Positions 37,501 through 51,388 of a stretch of DNA of 64,000 bases are shown piece after piece (position 1 is the first letter of the stretch; the number at the start of each line of letters is the position of its first letter). The DNA is from Eremomyces bilateralis CBS 781.70 (Eukaryota). Under the pieces are notes generated by a model. It ran no database searches and was not told where the DNA came from. It worked only from the letters and a program-made list of their open reading frames with translations. The stretch is from assembly GCA_010015585.1 (NCBI GenBank), contig ML975159.1. One strand, given 5' to 3'. The translations under genes and the position numbers were made by a program.

Positions 37501-39024
37501 TTCCCATGTACTTCTCGAGGCACGAGCGCGCTTCTGGGTGCCGTTGGTCCCTGCATCCGCGGCGTGGACATCTTTCAGCTCAGCAGCGTAACGGAAGTGG
37601 AGATAATCTTGCAGATCCTGGACGTCCTCCATGTTGATCGCAACCGGTAAAAGCTCTTCGAGTACTTTATCTGGTTGGGGTAGGATCGGCTTGATGGACT
37701 CGTAGGATTTCCGGACCGAGTCGCGCTTCTCAGCCATACCCCTATACCGCAAATCGAGGTCGAAGATCTGCCATAGGTCTCCTTGATCCAACAAACGATC
37801 CGCATTGATCTCTTTCTTGCCATTGACCATATGCTCAGTAGCATGGATGACATAGTCCTTGCGGTGCTGGAAAATGAAAGGAACTTCGAATTCATCGACG
37901 TTGAAGAACTGCAACACTTTGGCAACCGCCTGCTGGAATGGCTCCAATAATGCTCTCTCCAGGCGCTTCTTCGGGAACATCATTCCAGTGACCCACACGG
38001 CTTCTTCGCTGCTTCGTTGAGCCATCTGTTCGGGGGAGAGATCCAACGGTTTGAACGACTTCCTCGCCAACTGGAACCGTTCCGGGACATCGGTATTACG
38101 GATTTCGTTATCTTCATCCGTAAGCATTCGCTCCACGAGCTGGGATGGTTCGAAAACATCCTTCAGAGTGAGTTCCTCTCCGAGTCCTTGTTCTTCCTCG
38201 TCGATCTGATCTTGAATCTCCAAGGCCCAATCGTATTCTGTGCCATCACCGAAAGCCATCCGTAGGTCTTCCAGAGCAGCTTCATCGAGCCCGGACTGTT
38301 CGATAGCGCCAATCCCAGCCAGACCACGAGGGGCGCCAGGTTTTCTAACCTCCAATTCTTCGCGAAGTGCCTCGCGCTCCTCCTCATCCAGTTCATCGTC
38401 CTCGATGAAATCATCCAGGTCCTCGGGCAGACCTTGGAACCGTCCACGGGGGCGGGTCTCCTCTTCAACCTCCTCATCATTGAATATGTCCGCTAGGTCG
38501 CGATGCTCGGGTGCACTCCGATCGGCGTGGCCTTGTTTGAGTCGTTTGAACTTAGGCTTGGCAGTGTTAATTGTAGGATCTGTAGATTATGATACGGCTA
38601 TTGCTTACCTTCGCAGCCGTGCGCTGCTCGAAACCGCCGTGCGCTTCGGCAACAAGATCTAAATCTTCCTCATCGAGCAGTTCAAGGCCGTCGGCGCGCT
38701 CGCTTCGTGGTCGCTTCCGTTTAGCACGGCGCCGGGCGCGTTCCTCTTCCTCCTCCTCTTCATCAACGATGAAGCCCTCGCGGATCTATGTGATGAGATT
38801 AGTCTTCGAAGATCCGGCAACTCAATGGTAGACCCTATGATAATTGCCAAACATACTCTTGCGGCCTCCTCCTCATCTTCGTCATCTTCTTCTTCCTCGC
38901 TAGAGTCCGCCATGGCTTTGTCGCCACCCTTGCGAGGGCGATCTTCACCGTTCTCCCTATCATAGTCTTCTTCTTCCTCTTCACTGCCTACCTCCGCCGC
39001 CACGTCGAAGAACTCCGATGCCAT
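34538..39024 (-). CDS. SPT6: Transcription elongation factor Spt6 (multi-exon)
   Basis: Acidic N-terminus, [25 protein letters not shown], YqgF/HhH region (GLGPRKA), [12 protein letters not shown]1 domain and tandem SH2 ([17 protein letters not shown]). Confidence 0.97.
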
Positions 39025-39324
39025 GGCGCGTCGCAGCTAAGAAGAAAGGGAATGGACGTGAAAGTGAAGAACGCTTCGAGATGTGAGGGGATAAAGTCAA
39101 GCAGTTTTCTGGAGACGTATGGCAAAGGGATTAACCAGCCGAGCTGCTGGCTATGGAACGAATGCGTGGAAGTCAACAAACTCCCAAAAATGAACTTTGA
39201 GTGCTCAGTGCTGGTCTGAGGCATCGAGATCAATGGAATTTACCCGAAGTAAATCCTGAGAGGGACAGGGATGCAAAGTTAGGCATCAAGGCAATAATAA
39301 AATTGTCTGAAGGAAGGCATCAAG

Positions 39325-39420
39325 TACGTGACATCACGTGAGGTGCGAGTTTATCTATCACGTGAGCTGTAGTGGGAACTGCAAATCTTGGCGCGATGCT
39401 TGGCGCTTTTTGAATTTTTG
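39325..39420. promoter_or_regulatory. SPT6/NOP58 divergent promoter: two TCACGTGA E-boxes plus RRPE-like and PAC-like motifs
   Basis: TCACGTGA at 39334-41 and 39358-65, GCGCGATGC at about 39391, and TTTTTGAATTTTTG at 39407-20, upstream of a ribosome-biogenesis gene. Confidence 0.5.
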
Positions 39421-39606
39421 ATTCTCACCACAAAGTTTCGAAGCTGCAAAGGTTCCTTCAGCTGGTATTGCTGGCTATCAATCCCAATTCCTTCACCGAT
39501 TGCTGGATCATATTGATCTTATAGCTCTCATACTCATCCGATTAATATCGCCCGTCAGAATCTCACCCCGTCAACCCCGAGTCTAGTTGAGCTCGGTTCC
39601 GGCAAG

Positions 39607-41409
39607 ATGCCTCTTTTCGTCCTCACCGAGACCAGCGCTGGTTATGCGCTGCTGAAGGCGAAGGACAAGAAACTTCTCAAACGAGATGACTTATCGGAGA
39701 AGTCGAGCACGGCCGAGGGGCTGTGCGACATGTGAGTGATGTTGGAGATACACCGCTCTTGTTCCTTTGCTCATCCACTGCAGGCTCAAGCTGAAGAAGT
39801 TCCGAAAATTCGAAAATGCTACAGAGGCTCTCGACGAAGCAGCGGCCGTGATGGAAGGAAAGGTATGATAGAGTCAGTAGTTCTACACACGCTTTTCTAA
39901 TACATCAACTAGGTCACGCCGGTCCTGTCAAAACTACTCGACGAGCTGAAGGAGGAGACCAAGGCCTCATTAACAGTTGCCGACCCGAAACTGGCGAACG
40001 CAATCAACAAGCTCCCACAGCTATCGCTAGCCCCTATTGCCGACTCGACGACTGAGGACCTGTATCGTGCTATTCGTCAACATCTCCCGTCACTGATTCC
40101 TGGCTTGCTTCCTACTGATATCGACACGATGAATCTCGGTCTATCGCATTCGCTTTCCCGGCACAAGCTCAAGTTCTCACCCGACAAGGTCGACACCATG
40201 ATCGTTCAGGCCATCAACCTTCTCGACGATCTTGACAAAGAACTGAACGTGTATGCGATGAGAGTCAAGGAGTGGTATGGCTGGCATTTCCCCGAGATGG
40301 CCCGCATCATCAATGACAATATGGCTTACGCTCGGGTTGTCATCCATGTGGGCATGAGATCAAATGCGTCCTCATCTGATCTGACAGATATCCTCCCGGA
40401 AGAAATCGAGGGAGCCGTCAAGGCTGCCGCAGAGATTTCGATGGGCACGGAAATCACGGATGAGGATCTGGAGAACATCAAGGCCCTTGCAGAGCAGGTC
40501 ATCTCCTTCTCCGAGTACCGTATCGAGCTGGCCAACTACTTGAACTCAAGGATGGTGGCCCTTGCGCCGAATCTCACCACCCTGGTCGGTGATCTTGTCG
40601 GTGCGCGTTTGATCGCACACGCTGGAAGTCTTCTGAACTTGGCTAAGAGCCCGGGAAGTACGATCCAGATCATCGGAGCCGAAAAGGCGCTATTCCGAGC
40701 TCTAAAGACGAAACATGACACGCCCAAGTATGGTCTGATCTATCACGCTTCCCTGGTTGGCCAGGCAAGTGGAAAGAATAAGGGCAAAATCGCACGTATG
40801 CTGGCGGCCAAGACTGCCCTGGGACTTCGTGCCGATGCCCTTTCCGACTGGGGAACCGCCGGCGCCGGCAAGGGCCCCGAGCCGTCGGAAGAGGACAAGG
40901 CACTCTTCGGTGTTGCGTCACGAATCAAGATCGAGCAGAGGTTACGGGCGCTGGAAGGCAAGCCTTTGGCTGCCAGGGGAACGGCCATTGGGCCCGGAGG
41001 CCAGACTCAGAACCAGCCGAAGTGGGAGGTCAAGGAGGCGCGGAAGTATAATGCCGACGCGGATGGCCTTCAAGGAGACGAGCCCGCCGGTCACGCCGAC
41101 CAACGAGAAACCGTGCCTACCAATGGCACCAAAGCCGAAGCTATGGATGTGGATGAGGACGAAGAGTCCGACGAGGAGATGGAAGATCAGGCCGAAGCTG
41201 GTGCCACCAACGGGACCGCCAAGGATGATCGGGCCGCAAAGAAGGCCGAGAAGAAGGCTCGCAAGGAAGCTAAGGCCGAGAAGAAGCGGCTGAAGGAGGA
41301 GAAGAAGGCCGCTAAGGAGGGCAAGGGCTCGAAGGAAGAGAAGAAGCGGAAGCGCGGCGCCAACGACGACGAGGGCAAGAAGAAGAAGAAGAAGTCCCGC
41401 GGCGATTGA
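39607..41409 (+). CDS. NOP58: Nucleolar protein 58 (box C/D snoRNP); 3 exons
   Basis: [16 protein letters not shown]-terminus, [61 protein letters not shown] and a KKE-rich tail. Confidence 0.96.
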
Positions 41410-42235
41410 GCCGACATCCCTGTCTTCTCCCTCCCTTGATTTCGTACCGCCATTCTATTTCCAAAATGAATTGCTGTGGAAGTTTCTTGATGTTCTGGAG
41501 CATGGGCGTCGGAGACTACTTCTTGTTCGCGGCCTTCGCGTCACGGACCTGAACCGTCCTTCTTCTGTTGGGTACATGGACGGCGTGAGGAGTGCCTCAT
41601 CATTTCGGATGCAAAAGGGGATGGGGGGTATACGTGTTTGCGAGTTTATTTAATTGTATAGCTTTCAATGCAATGCCTTTTCAAAAGCAGTCAGTGAGTG
41701 TAGTGTATGCCTGTACGCTTGTGACCAGTGGCTCGAGATGGGACACTGCCAAATGGACTGGTATTAGCAATGAATGGGTCCCAATTGGTATGTCTAGTCC
41801 ATGTGAACGCTCACATGTAGTCCCATCGAGTTTGATGGCGTCAGATACCGATCTCAGGGTGTCATCGAAAGTTTACCCTATAGATGGAAGTGAATAGTGC
41901 AGAAACCAGAGTAGGTTGTTGCTGGTTCCCTCAAGGCAACGTTGTCTTCCCAAAATCGTTAGCGTTATACATTACACACTAGTCTTTACACAACCACCCA
42001 ATGACCAGACAAGTTCGCGCCAGGCTTTCCTATGACTGTAAGCTGAGTCAGCGATTATTCACGCCCAGACACCCAGCAACCTCCACGTTTACCTCAGACG
42101 CTCGTCAACTTCCAACTCATCGTCTCCAGCCTCCAACCCGCCAATTTCCCGAGTCGAACGGCACCAGCACGACCGTCAGGCCACCAAAGCCCCGAACCGG
42201 CGAGCCGTCGCCCGTTGCAACTGGTGGACGTCAAC

Positions 42236-42647
42236 ATGGCCGATGAGGTGGTGGAGAAAGTCCGTGAGCTTCTGGAAGGACAGATTGTATGCAGCCACGC
42301 CGGTGCGGAGATGGGATGGTGGCTAACGGCGGTGTAGGACTTCGAGGGGCAGCGGCTTGCGGAATTGATGCAGTATGCGTTTCTGACTACCGTTGGGGTG
42401 AGTTCGATTCGATCGGTCAGCGGGATACGGGGGGGCTAATCGAGCATAGGCAATCGCGTTTATCTACGGATACGTGACGCAGAACGTTTACAACAGTGCC
42501 TACATTGGCCTCGGGGGTACCGCCCTCACGATGCTACTGGTCGTTCCTCCGTGGCCGTTCTTCAATAAGCACCCGGTTCGATGGCTTTCTCCTCACATCG
42601 GCGCGTCGCCAATCTCGATATCGGTGGATGGGAAGAAAATGAGTTGA
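42236..42647 (+). CDS. SPC1: Signal peptidase complex subunit 1 (SPC12 family); 3 exons, not visible in the ORF track
   Basis: Introns 42287-42337 and 42398-42449 give MADEVVEKVRELLEGQI-DFEGQRLAE..-AIAFIYGYVTQNV..LVVPPWPFFNKHPVRWL, the typical Spc1 motifs. Confidence 0.9.
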
Positions 42648-42995
42648 TTGGGCGTTGGCATTCGGTTTAGGATATAGATGACGCATGGAGTTCAGGTGTG
42701 GGATATGTGCCAATCATGTGGCCTCGACAGAGATCACAATAGGATATGAAGCGATTGGGACTGGGATTCCCGTTGCACTACCAGAGCGCATATTCGAGGG
42801 ATTCATGAAATTGCCTCAATAAGAGGCAGAGGTTGTGTATTTGGTTCGCCATGAGGAATAACTAGTGCTCAACGCACCGATAACACCAACGCCGTGTCCC
42901 ATGAGTTCGTGTCGTGAGCGTGCCATCCCGCTTTTCGCAGTGCGGGAGATCGCGCCAAACCGCCCACCGTGCAAATGATCCAGCCTCGGGTGTCC

Positions 42996-43556
<561 letters not shown>

Positions 43557-44367
43557 GCGTGGAGCTTTGAAAGATTGCAGAGACCGGGTATACGATGGTC
43601 AAAGAGGCTTTATGAGGGGCGGATAAGGTAGCTAATTAGGTCGAGACTGAATGAAGTGGTTAGCTTTCAGACACAAAAACAGACAAGGGATCATGAAGGT
43701 GGAGCTTTACATGATATTAACACCCTTCGAGTGAGTGACTGTACAGCTCCAGTTGTTGTATTCTAGCACTTAATCACGGTGCATCCAACTGCTCCAGATG
43801 GTGTTCAAGCATTCAAGGCGGGATATCGTGGTGGTGCAAGTGGACGGAATAAGGCAGGAATGTAGATCTGAGGCGTTAAGGCAGGCAATATTTATGCCTC
43901 CATGTCTGCTTACTATACGGGTTGGTGCCTTAGCTTGTGCCCACAGCAATTCACTTCACTGTCCAGATCATTAACTTCATGCGAGAATGATGAAGTATAT
44001 TCATTATGTGTCATTATATGTCTGTCTACACTATTACTACCCATGAACTAAATGTACATTCCAATTTTTCACTATAGGAATATCATGGTCGATGTTCCTC
44101 ACACTGAGTGCAAACAGTGCAATATCAACTGATAGGCGACAACCCTTGAAGCCACCCTCACCCCTGAAGCGCAGCTCCCAGCAGCTCGCGGAACACGTAG
44201 CCACAAAAACGTGCCAGATCTTAACGGAGACCTCGACCACCACGCTGCACTCAACCTCCGCAATCACCAACATCATCCACTTCTCCCTTTCATAACACCT
44301 ATCTCGTTTGCTGGAGTTCTCGGTGGTCTTTGGCATTTAGCAGGAAGTTCATGGTGATCTTGCAATC

Positions 44368-46098
44368 ATGAGTCGTACGTCCAGTCCTATCCATATCCCC
44401 AGATCCTCCGATACAGAGGATTTTTGATGGGCATCAACTAACACGTCGCAATTGATGCAGTCCGCTTCCTCGATCTCATCAAACCCTTCACTCCTCTCCT
44501 CCCGGAGGTCTCCTCTCCAGAGACGAAGATCACCTTCCAGCAGCGGTTAATATGGACAGGTGTAAGCATCCCCATTGCACGATCTACATCCCCATATCAC
44601 ACGCGAGCAGCTTCCGAGTTTGTGCATAAGGTCAATGGCTGATCATTTGCGGAATAGGTGACGCTACTTGTCTTCCTGGTGATGAGCCAGATGCCTTTGT
44701 ACGGCATTGTGTCATCGGACTCCTCGGACCCGATGTACTGGCTCCGTATGATGCTGGCCAGTAACAGAGGGACGCTGATGGAGCTGGGAATCACACCTAT
44801 CATCTCGTCCGGCATGGTGTTCCAGCTTCTTGCCGGTACCCACATGCTCGACATTGACATGAACCTGAAGACCGATCGCGAACTCTACCAGACCGCCCAG
44901 AAGCTCCTCGCGCTGATCATTTCCGTTGGCCAAGCCATCGTGTACGTCGTTAGCGGTCTCTATGGCCCCCCCTCTGAACTTGGCCTGGGTGTCTGCATCC
45001 TCCTGGTCGTGCAGCTCGTCATTGCCGGATTGGTTATTATCCTCCTCGACGAACTCCTCCAGAAGGGCTACGGATTCGGCAGCGGTATTTCGCTCTTCAT
45101 CGCGACCAATGTCTGCGAGTCGATCGTCTGGAAGGCGTTCTCGCCCACGACGATCAACACTGGCCGTGGACCGGAATTCGAAGGCGCCGTGCTTGCTCTC
45201 GTTCATCTGCTCATCACCTGGCCCAACAAGAGCCTCGCACTGCGCGAAGCGTTCTTCCGCCAGAACCTTCCCAACATCATGAACTTGATGGCCACCGTCG
45301 TCATCTTCGCGGCCGTGATCTACCTCCAAGGATTCCGCGTTGAGATTCCGGTCAAGTCATCCCGTCAACGCGGCATGCGCGGATCGTATCCCGTGCGATT
45401 GTTCTACACCTCCAACATGGTATGTCCAAAACTCCAGTTCAGTTTCGGGTTCGACTAACATTTTCTAGCCCATCATGCTGCAATCCGCATTGACCTCCAA
45501 TGTCTTCATCATCTCGCAGATGCTCTACTCCCGCTTCACTGACAACCTCCTCGTTCGTCTCCTCGGCGTGTGGGAGCCGCTCCAAGACGGCTCCTCGCAG
45601 CTCCACGCGGCGTCCGGGATCGCGTACTACATGTCTCCGCCGCTCTCCTTCTCCCAGGCTCTTCTCGACCCGATCCACACCGCGGTATACCTCGTGTACA
45701 TGATCGTCGCCTGCGCCATCTTCTCCAAGACGTGGATCGAGGTTTCCGGATCCAGCCCCCGCGATGTCGCCAAGCAGCTTAAGGAACAGGGACTCGTGAT
45801 GGCCGGGCACCGGGAGCAGAGCATGTACAAGGAGCTCAAGCGGGTGATCCCGACAGCTGCTGCGTTCGGTGGCGCGTGTATCGGCGTTCTCTCCGTTACT
45901 AGCGATATGTTGGGAGCGTTGGGAAGCGGAACGAGCATTCTGTTGGCCGTGACGTAAGTTTTGTCCTATCTCATGCTTTCATGAGATATCGTGTCGCTGT
46001 ATAATGCTAACCTTCCAAACAGTATGATCTACAGCTACTTCGAGATCGCCGCGAAGGAGGGCGACATCGCCGGCCTCAAGGGCATGGTCCTCGGCTAA
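44368..46098 (+). CDS. SEC61: Protein transport protein Sec61 subunit alpha (multi-exon, 7-nt first coding exon)
   Basis: [12 protein letters not shown] start after splicing, then [73 protein letters not shown] and [11 protein letters not shown]. Confidence 0.97.
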
Positions 46099-46721
46099 GC
46101 GGCATGCTGCAACGTTGCCAGCACAATGGAGCGCTCCCTCCCTTTCTGAACTTGGCGTGGGCGGTGCCAACGGGTTGGGACGATGCACTCGGCAACTCCA
46201 TTCTGGAATCTCAACCGCCTGTTCTACCCAAGCACGTTTTCCAGGCCATCTGCCTCCCTTGCACCCTTGCACCTCCCGCCGGTCGGTTCGGCCATACCGG
46301 GATGCAACGCCATTTCTCTAGACGTGGGGTCGACCAGGTGTCGTCATGGTGGACCCAAAAACCCTGTACTAAAATATCAAATTTACCGGATGAATGCATA
46401 CTGGCGGCGGGACTGGGCTGATTATTTGGTGTTCGTTCTCTGCTGGTTTTAGGACTTCGTGTAGAATTACTTATGGCCACTGCAATTTCTCGAGCGTATG
46501 TCTCTGTCGTTACATAGTCGTGTTGTGTATTGTTCAATTGTCGTTCATGTCGCGTGGCTCTAACCCTTCCACCCATATAAAATCCTGGTGCTTGGGGTTG
46601 TTTATGTTTCACTGCCATTATTCCCATGGAAGATCACCACCGCACTGCAACATTTATCCATTGCCCTCATGTTTCCGAACATCCGGTCACGGCAGGAATC
46701 GTAATAATAGTACGCAACCTT

Positions 46722-46988
46722 CACGTTTATTAGTGCCAGCTCTCGCCCCTCGGCATGGACTATTCGCGATATCTCGCATGGTGTTGCTGGGTTGAATGCA
46801 TCCAATCAATCCAATCAGAGCGACCACATCCACCACATGTCGTCCATGCCAAGCTTTTCCCTAACGACTCATCAGATTCTATGGGGACCAGCCAGGGAAC
46901 CGCAACCCGCGTCATTTCCGCATCTGGCATCGGAATTGACAGCCGTCGCAATTCGACATCGCATGTTGATCCTCAGCTCCCGCACGTG
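46722..46988. promoter_or_regulatory. Putative Pho4/NUC-1-type bHLH sites upstream of alkaline phosphatase
   Basis: CACGTT at 46722-27 and CACGTG at 46983-88, 430-700 bp upstream of the ATG. The assignment is inferred from known fungal phosphate regulation. Confidence 0.4.
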
Positions 46989-47415
46989 TCGTGCATCTTC
47001 GCACGATTCTCACCACTTCGCCAGTCTGCACCGCACTAACATGGCACCATTGATGTCTCCGCCTGCCGTGAACGAAGCAGGTGCCGCCATTGCACCACGC
47101 CGCAGCTTCTACACGGGAAGCAATCTTAGGTGATGTAGTATGCCGTGACTATACCAACAATGCATGTCAAGAAGCGAAGGAAGGAAGCATGGTGGCCCTG
47201 GTAGCACCGTGCTCGGTAAGTTATGGTAATCTGGAGGAAGGGATGTACCTACAGGCTCTAGTACTTATGAGTGACGCGACGGCAGTCCATTTCTGAATGA
47301 GATGACTGTGAAGTTTGTATTCTTACTCTAGCCACTCGTGCGCTAACCCAGTCATCTCGCCTACGACCAACTCCTTCGGTCGTGTGTCGAGCTTCGCAAT
47401 ACGCAACTAGGCCCA

Positions 47416-50362
47416 ATGGTCGCCTCTTCACTCCTCCTCGCCGCCACCGCGCTGCTCCTCCGGACCGGTTCCGCGCAAACCTTCCGGCGGCTGGGAACAT
47501 GTCCGACCTTAGGATGTATTCTTCCTCCGGACCAGGCTGACTTCCTGTCCGGACAGTATTTTGATATTCGGTAAGGACTCGGTGGCCGGGGATGGAGGCG
47601 CAATGGGCACGCGAACGTACTAAACAGACGTATAGTGTCGAAATCCATGCGCCGCTCAATGGCTCCGAAGCAACCAATTCTCCTCCAGACGAGAAATTCA
47701 CGCTCACCATCGAGAAGGAGGGTGGCCGACGTGCCGCTGATGTCTCGAACTACTTCCGAACGGAGGAACCTAAGCTTGAGAAATGGCAGTTCAGCTGGTA
47801 TGAAGGTCAGTATGGAGTTTATTCAACCTCGTTGCTCCCCTAGGAATCCCATCGCTCATGACCCAACAGATCTCTTCGCCCAGGATGCTAAAACGCCGAC
47901 GATCGTCAATGTCACCTCCAAGGCCTGGCGGTACGTCCAGCTCACCGACCCCGGTGAGTATACCGCGACTCTAACCTGGAGCGGTGGGGAGACGGTTGCG
48001 AGCTGGTTGGTCCGCGATATGGATACCTCTCGCAAGGCTAAGAACGTCATCCTCTTCATTGGTGATGGCATGACTACCAATATGATCACCGTATGTCTAC
48101 CGAGCAAAGTCGTCTGGAAATCAAGATCAAAGGCTAACATTAGATAGGCCGCTCGCCACCTTGGTCACAAGTCAATTAACGGTATCTTCCAGTCGCGCTT
48201 GGTGAGATAGATTTTGCATCTGTAACCTTGACAAATCTAACAATCTCAGGCCCTTGACAAGTTCCCGGTTGTGGGACATCAATCTACTCACTCTAGGGCT
48301 GGACACGAATAAGGATTTTGGCTATTCGTATTCGACTTTTCCTCTTGAACGATTATTCGTATTCGACTAAGTTTTGAGACGTTTTATTCGTATTATTCGC
48401 GAATATTCGTAAATAATGCCAAGACTTATTCGGCAAAAGCCGAGCCAATGAGTGAATGCCCAGCAGTCGCGACTTTTGTTTACCCGAACACGATGTGGAG
48501 GATTTGAGCTCTAAGAGATACAAAGCATATCAATAGCGTCGAATTGATCACTCCTGACGATTCAGCAAGCCAAGTGACCCCAGCTCAAAGCTCTCTGTCG
48601 ACCATCTCTCCGATGCGAGATACATGGAAATAGCTTCAGAGATGGACGAATAATTACGAATAATTACGAATAATTACGAATAATGCGAATATTATTCGTA
48701 CGAATATTAGTAAGCGGAAATTCTAAATTTTATTCGTATTCGACTACGAATATTCGTACGAATACGAATAGTCGAATATTCGTGTCCAGCCCTAACTCAC
48801 TCGATCGACTCGTTCATTACCGACTCGGCCAACTCGGCCAGTGCCCTGTACTCTGGACACAAGAGCAGTGCAAACGCCCTTGGCGTTTATGCGGACTCCT
48901 CCAAGAGCCCTTTCGATGATCCGAAGGTAAGAGTTTGTCTATCGTCATAAGAACAAATTCCTGAATTCGATTCCTAGGTGGAACTCATCTCGGAAATCTT
49001 CTCCCGCAAATATGGCGCCAAGATCGGCGTTGTCAGCACGGCGTATATTGCTGATGCCACACCCGGTGGGCTTTCCGCTCATACCCGCTTGCGAAGCGAA
49101 TATGGCGCCGTCGTCGACTCCTACCTCAACTCCGTCGCCAATTACACCTGGACGGATATTGAGGGTGTGGACGTTCTGTTCGGAGGAGGTGCCGAGCAGT
49201 TCTACCCGCCGTCGCTAGGCGGTGTGACATACCAGGATAAGGATTACTACGCCGAATTCGCCGAGAAGGGCTATTCTCTCGCACAAAATAAGACGAGCCT
49301 GCAGTCTCTTCCCAACGACAAGAAGGCACTTGGTATCTTTACTGTCAACAACCTGCCAGTCTGGTTAGACCGCAATGTGAGCCGTGTGAGATCGCACTAA
49401 TTTGTCCATGAGCTGACAGAAGTAGGTCTACCCCGAGAACCTCAAGCTCGGCAACTCCCCCGATGGTCTTAAGACGGACCAACTTGACCCCCCGGGCCTC
49501 AAGGATATGACCCTCAAAGCCATCGATATTCTTCAGACACGTTCCGAGGGCAAGGGATACTTCCTCATGTCCGAAGCCGCCTCAATCGATAAGCAGATGC
49601 ACTCCATGGACTACGACCGTGCCCTTGGCGACCTCCTGGAGCTCGACGACACCGTCAAGGCTACCATTGAGAAGCTCAAGAAGGACGGCACCCTCAAGGA
49701 CACTCTGATCCTTGTGACCGCTGATCACGGCCATGGCTTCGACGTCGCCGGTGGTGTCGACACCCTCTATCTTGAGAAACAGGAGGGCGACCGCGAGAAG
49801 CGTGGTGCCATCGGTACCTACCAGGAGTCCGGCCTCTCCCAGTACGTCGTCGGCGAGCAGAAGACCGAGGGCTTCCCAGCCGATTGGGACCCGCGATACA
49901 CCTTCCATTCCGGCCTCGCCACCTTCCCCGACCATCGTGAGAACTACAAGGTACACAAGGAAGGCCCGCGCACCCCGGCCATCAACCTGAAGCTTCTGGG
50001 ATCCAGCGACTACTATGTCAACTACAAAGACGCCGTCACTGGCTTCGTCGTCAATGGTACCCTTCCAATCGGGGAGTCTCAAGGGTACGTCTATCTTCCC
50101 CATCCCCTGACTTGCCCGCTTTCGAGAGAGCATGTCCACTGACCCTATTCCCAGCGTCCACTCCCTCACCGACGTCCCCGTCTACGCCCTCAGCGGCCCC
50201 TGCCAAGACCTCTTCTCTGGCTCGTTCAACAACATCGACATCTTCTTCGGCATGGCCGAGTGTCTGGGCCTCTCCGAGAAGGGCACCCGTGGCCGCCGCG
50301 GGCGCTGGGGCAAGGGCCGGAGGAAGAACGGGTGGGGCGACGATGACTGGATGGTGTGGTAA
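47416..50362 (+). pseudogene. Secreted alkaline phosphatase, multi-exon, interrupted by a hAT MITE (otherwise intact-looking)
   Basis: Signal peptide, KAKNVILFIGDGM, ITDSANSA (catalytic Ser), DATPGG, FLMSEAASIDKQMH, VTADHGH and VHSLTDVPVYA. The insertion at 48294 creates an in-frame TAA (..THS-RAGHE*). Confidence 0.88.
48294..48794. mobile_element. 501-bp hAT-superfamily non-autonomous element (MITE)
   Basis: Perfect 18-bp TIRs TAGGGCTGGACACGAATA / TATTCGTGTCCAGCCCTA, perfect 8-bp TSD ACTCACTC (48286-93 and 48795-802), and roughly 25 subterminal CGAATA/TATTCG motifs including a (CGAATAATTA)x3 run. Confidence 0.95.
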
Positions 50363-50599
50363 ATTTTCGGCTGATTTCTTTCATACCTTCTGCATGAATG
50401 GAGAATTTTGTGGTTGGGTAGAAACGGGACTATAGTCGTTCATTGAGTGGGGCTGGAGGGTGATAGATGATACCCGATGCAACTACATTAGTAATTCTTG
50501 GTACTGATCCCTTTCACAAAGAATTCTACACTCATTTTTCAGCTCATTCCCCCCAATGAATTGCGTGTGTTCTGGCAGAGGATGAGGCACTGCTTTTAA

Positions 50600-50910
50600 T
50601 AACGATTAATCATGGTTATATCCCGTGTTTGGTATTTGGAAGAGTCTAATTCTGCATTCCTAGGATGAGGTGAGTGGGTGAATGAATAGGGGTCGACAGG
50701 TTTGATTAGATTCGATTAGATCCTATGTAATTTAATTTGGTTCGATAAGGTTGATGTGTTTCTATATAATAAAAATGATTAACCATGGTGATATCCAGTG
50801 CTTAGTATTTGGAGGAGTGATTCTGGATGCCTGTGCTGGGAAGGGGAATCTGAATAGGGGTCGACGAGGTTCCATTAGATTCGATTAGATTCGGTGCGAT
50901 TCAATTGAAT
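50600..50910. repeat. Diverged direct duplication with a period of about 175 bp
   Basis: GATTAA(T/C)CATGGT.ATATCC.GTG.TT.GTATTTGGA.GAGT and TGAATAGGGGTCGAC..ATTAGATTCGATTAGAT each occur twice, in the same order. Confidence 0.8.
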
Positions 50911-51388
50911 TCGACTCGACTGATTTGACTCGACTAAGTCGATGGAATTTGACGAGTCTCTATGTTGTTGTGTGTGTTAAGTCGTGTGTAAAAACTACCC
51001 AGGCAGCAAGGGGCAGCTTGTCCCTGATAATCTGATCGAGACCGCACAACTCGGAGGTGTCATTTCCCGAGCGTCACTGAAAGATCACAGCAAGCAGATC
51101 TGTTATCATGATAATGAATCTAATACCCATTAATATAACGCTATAGACCGCGCATTCATGAGCGAGCTTAGGAAGCTCGACGAGATTCAGTTCTGCTAGT
51201 GGCGGCAGAATCCATCGCAATTATGTATATCCCCTAGTTCTCGAGTATCCAACCCTGCTTGGTCCAATACTCATACTTAATAATTCATGCTCGTTGCTCA
51301 TTCATCGTGTCTCGTCCCTCGTCCCTCGTTTTTAGTGCTGTGGATCGCGGTGATATTTTGGTGCACTGCTTCAGACTGTTTAGTGAGC

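Noticed and set aside
35089..38662. Numerous antisense ORFs over SPT6 (likewise over SEC61, HOM3, BUR1 and PRO1)
   Set aside because: These are codon-bias shadows of conserved genes on the opposite strand.
48202..48841. Idea that the hAT MITE is spliced out as an introner-like intron
   Set aside because: There is no GT donor at the element's 5' end. The CAG at ~48789 would need a phase-1 donor, but the nearby GT sites (48202 and those in the preceding exon) are phase 0 or 2, and no branch motif precedes it.
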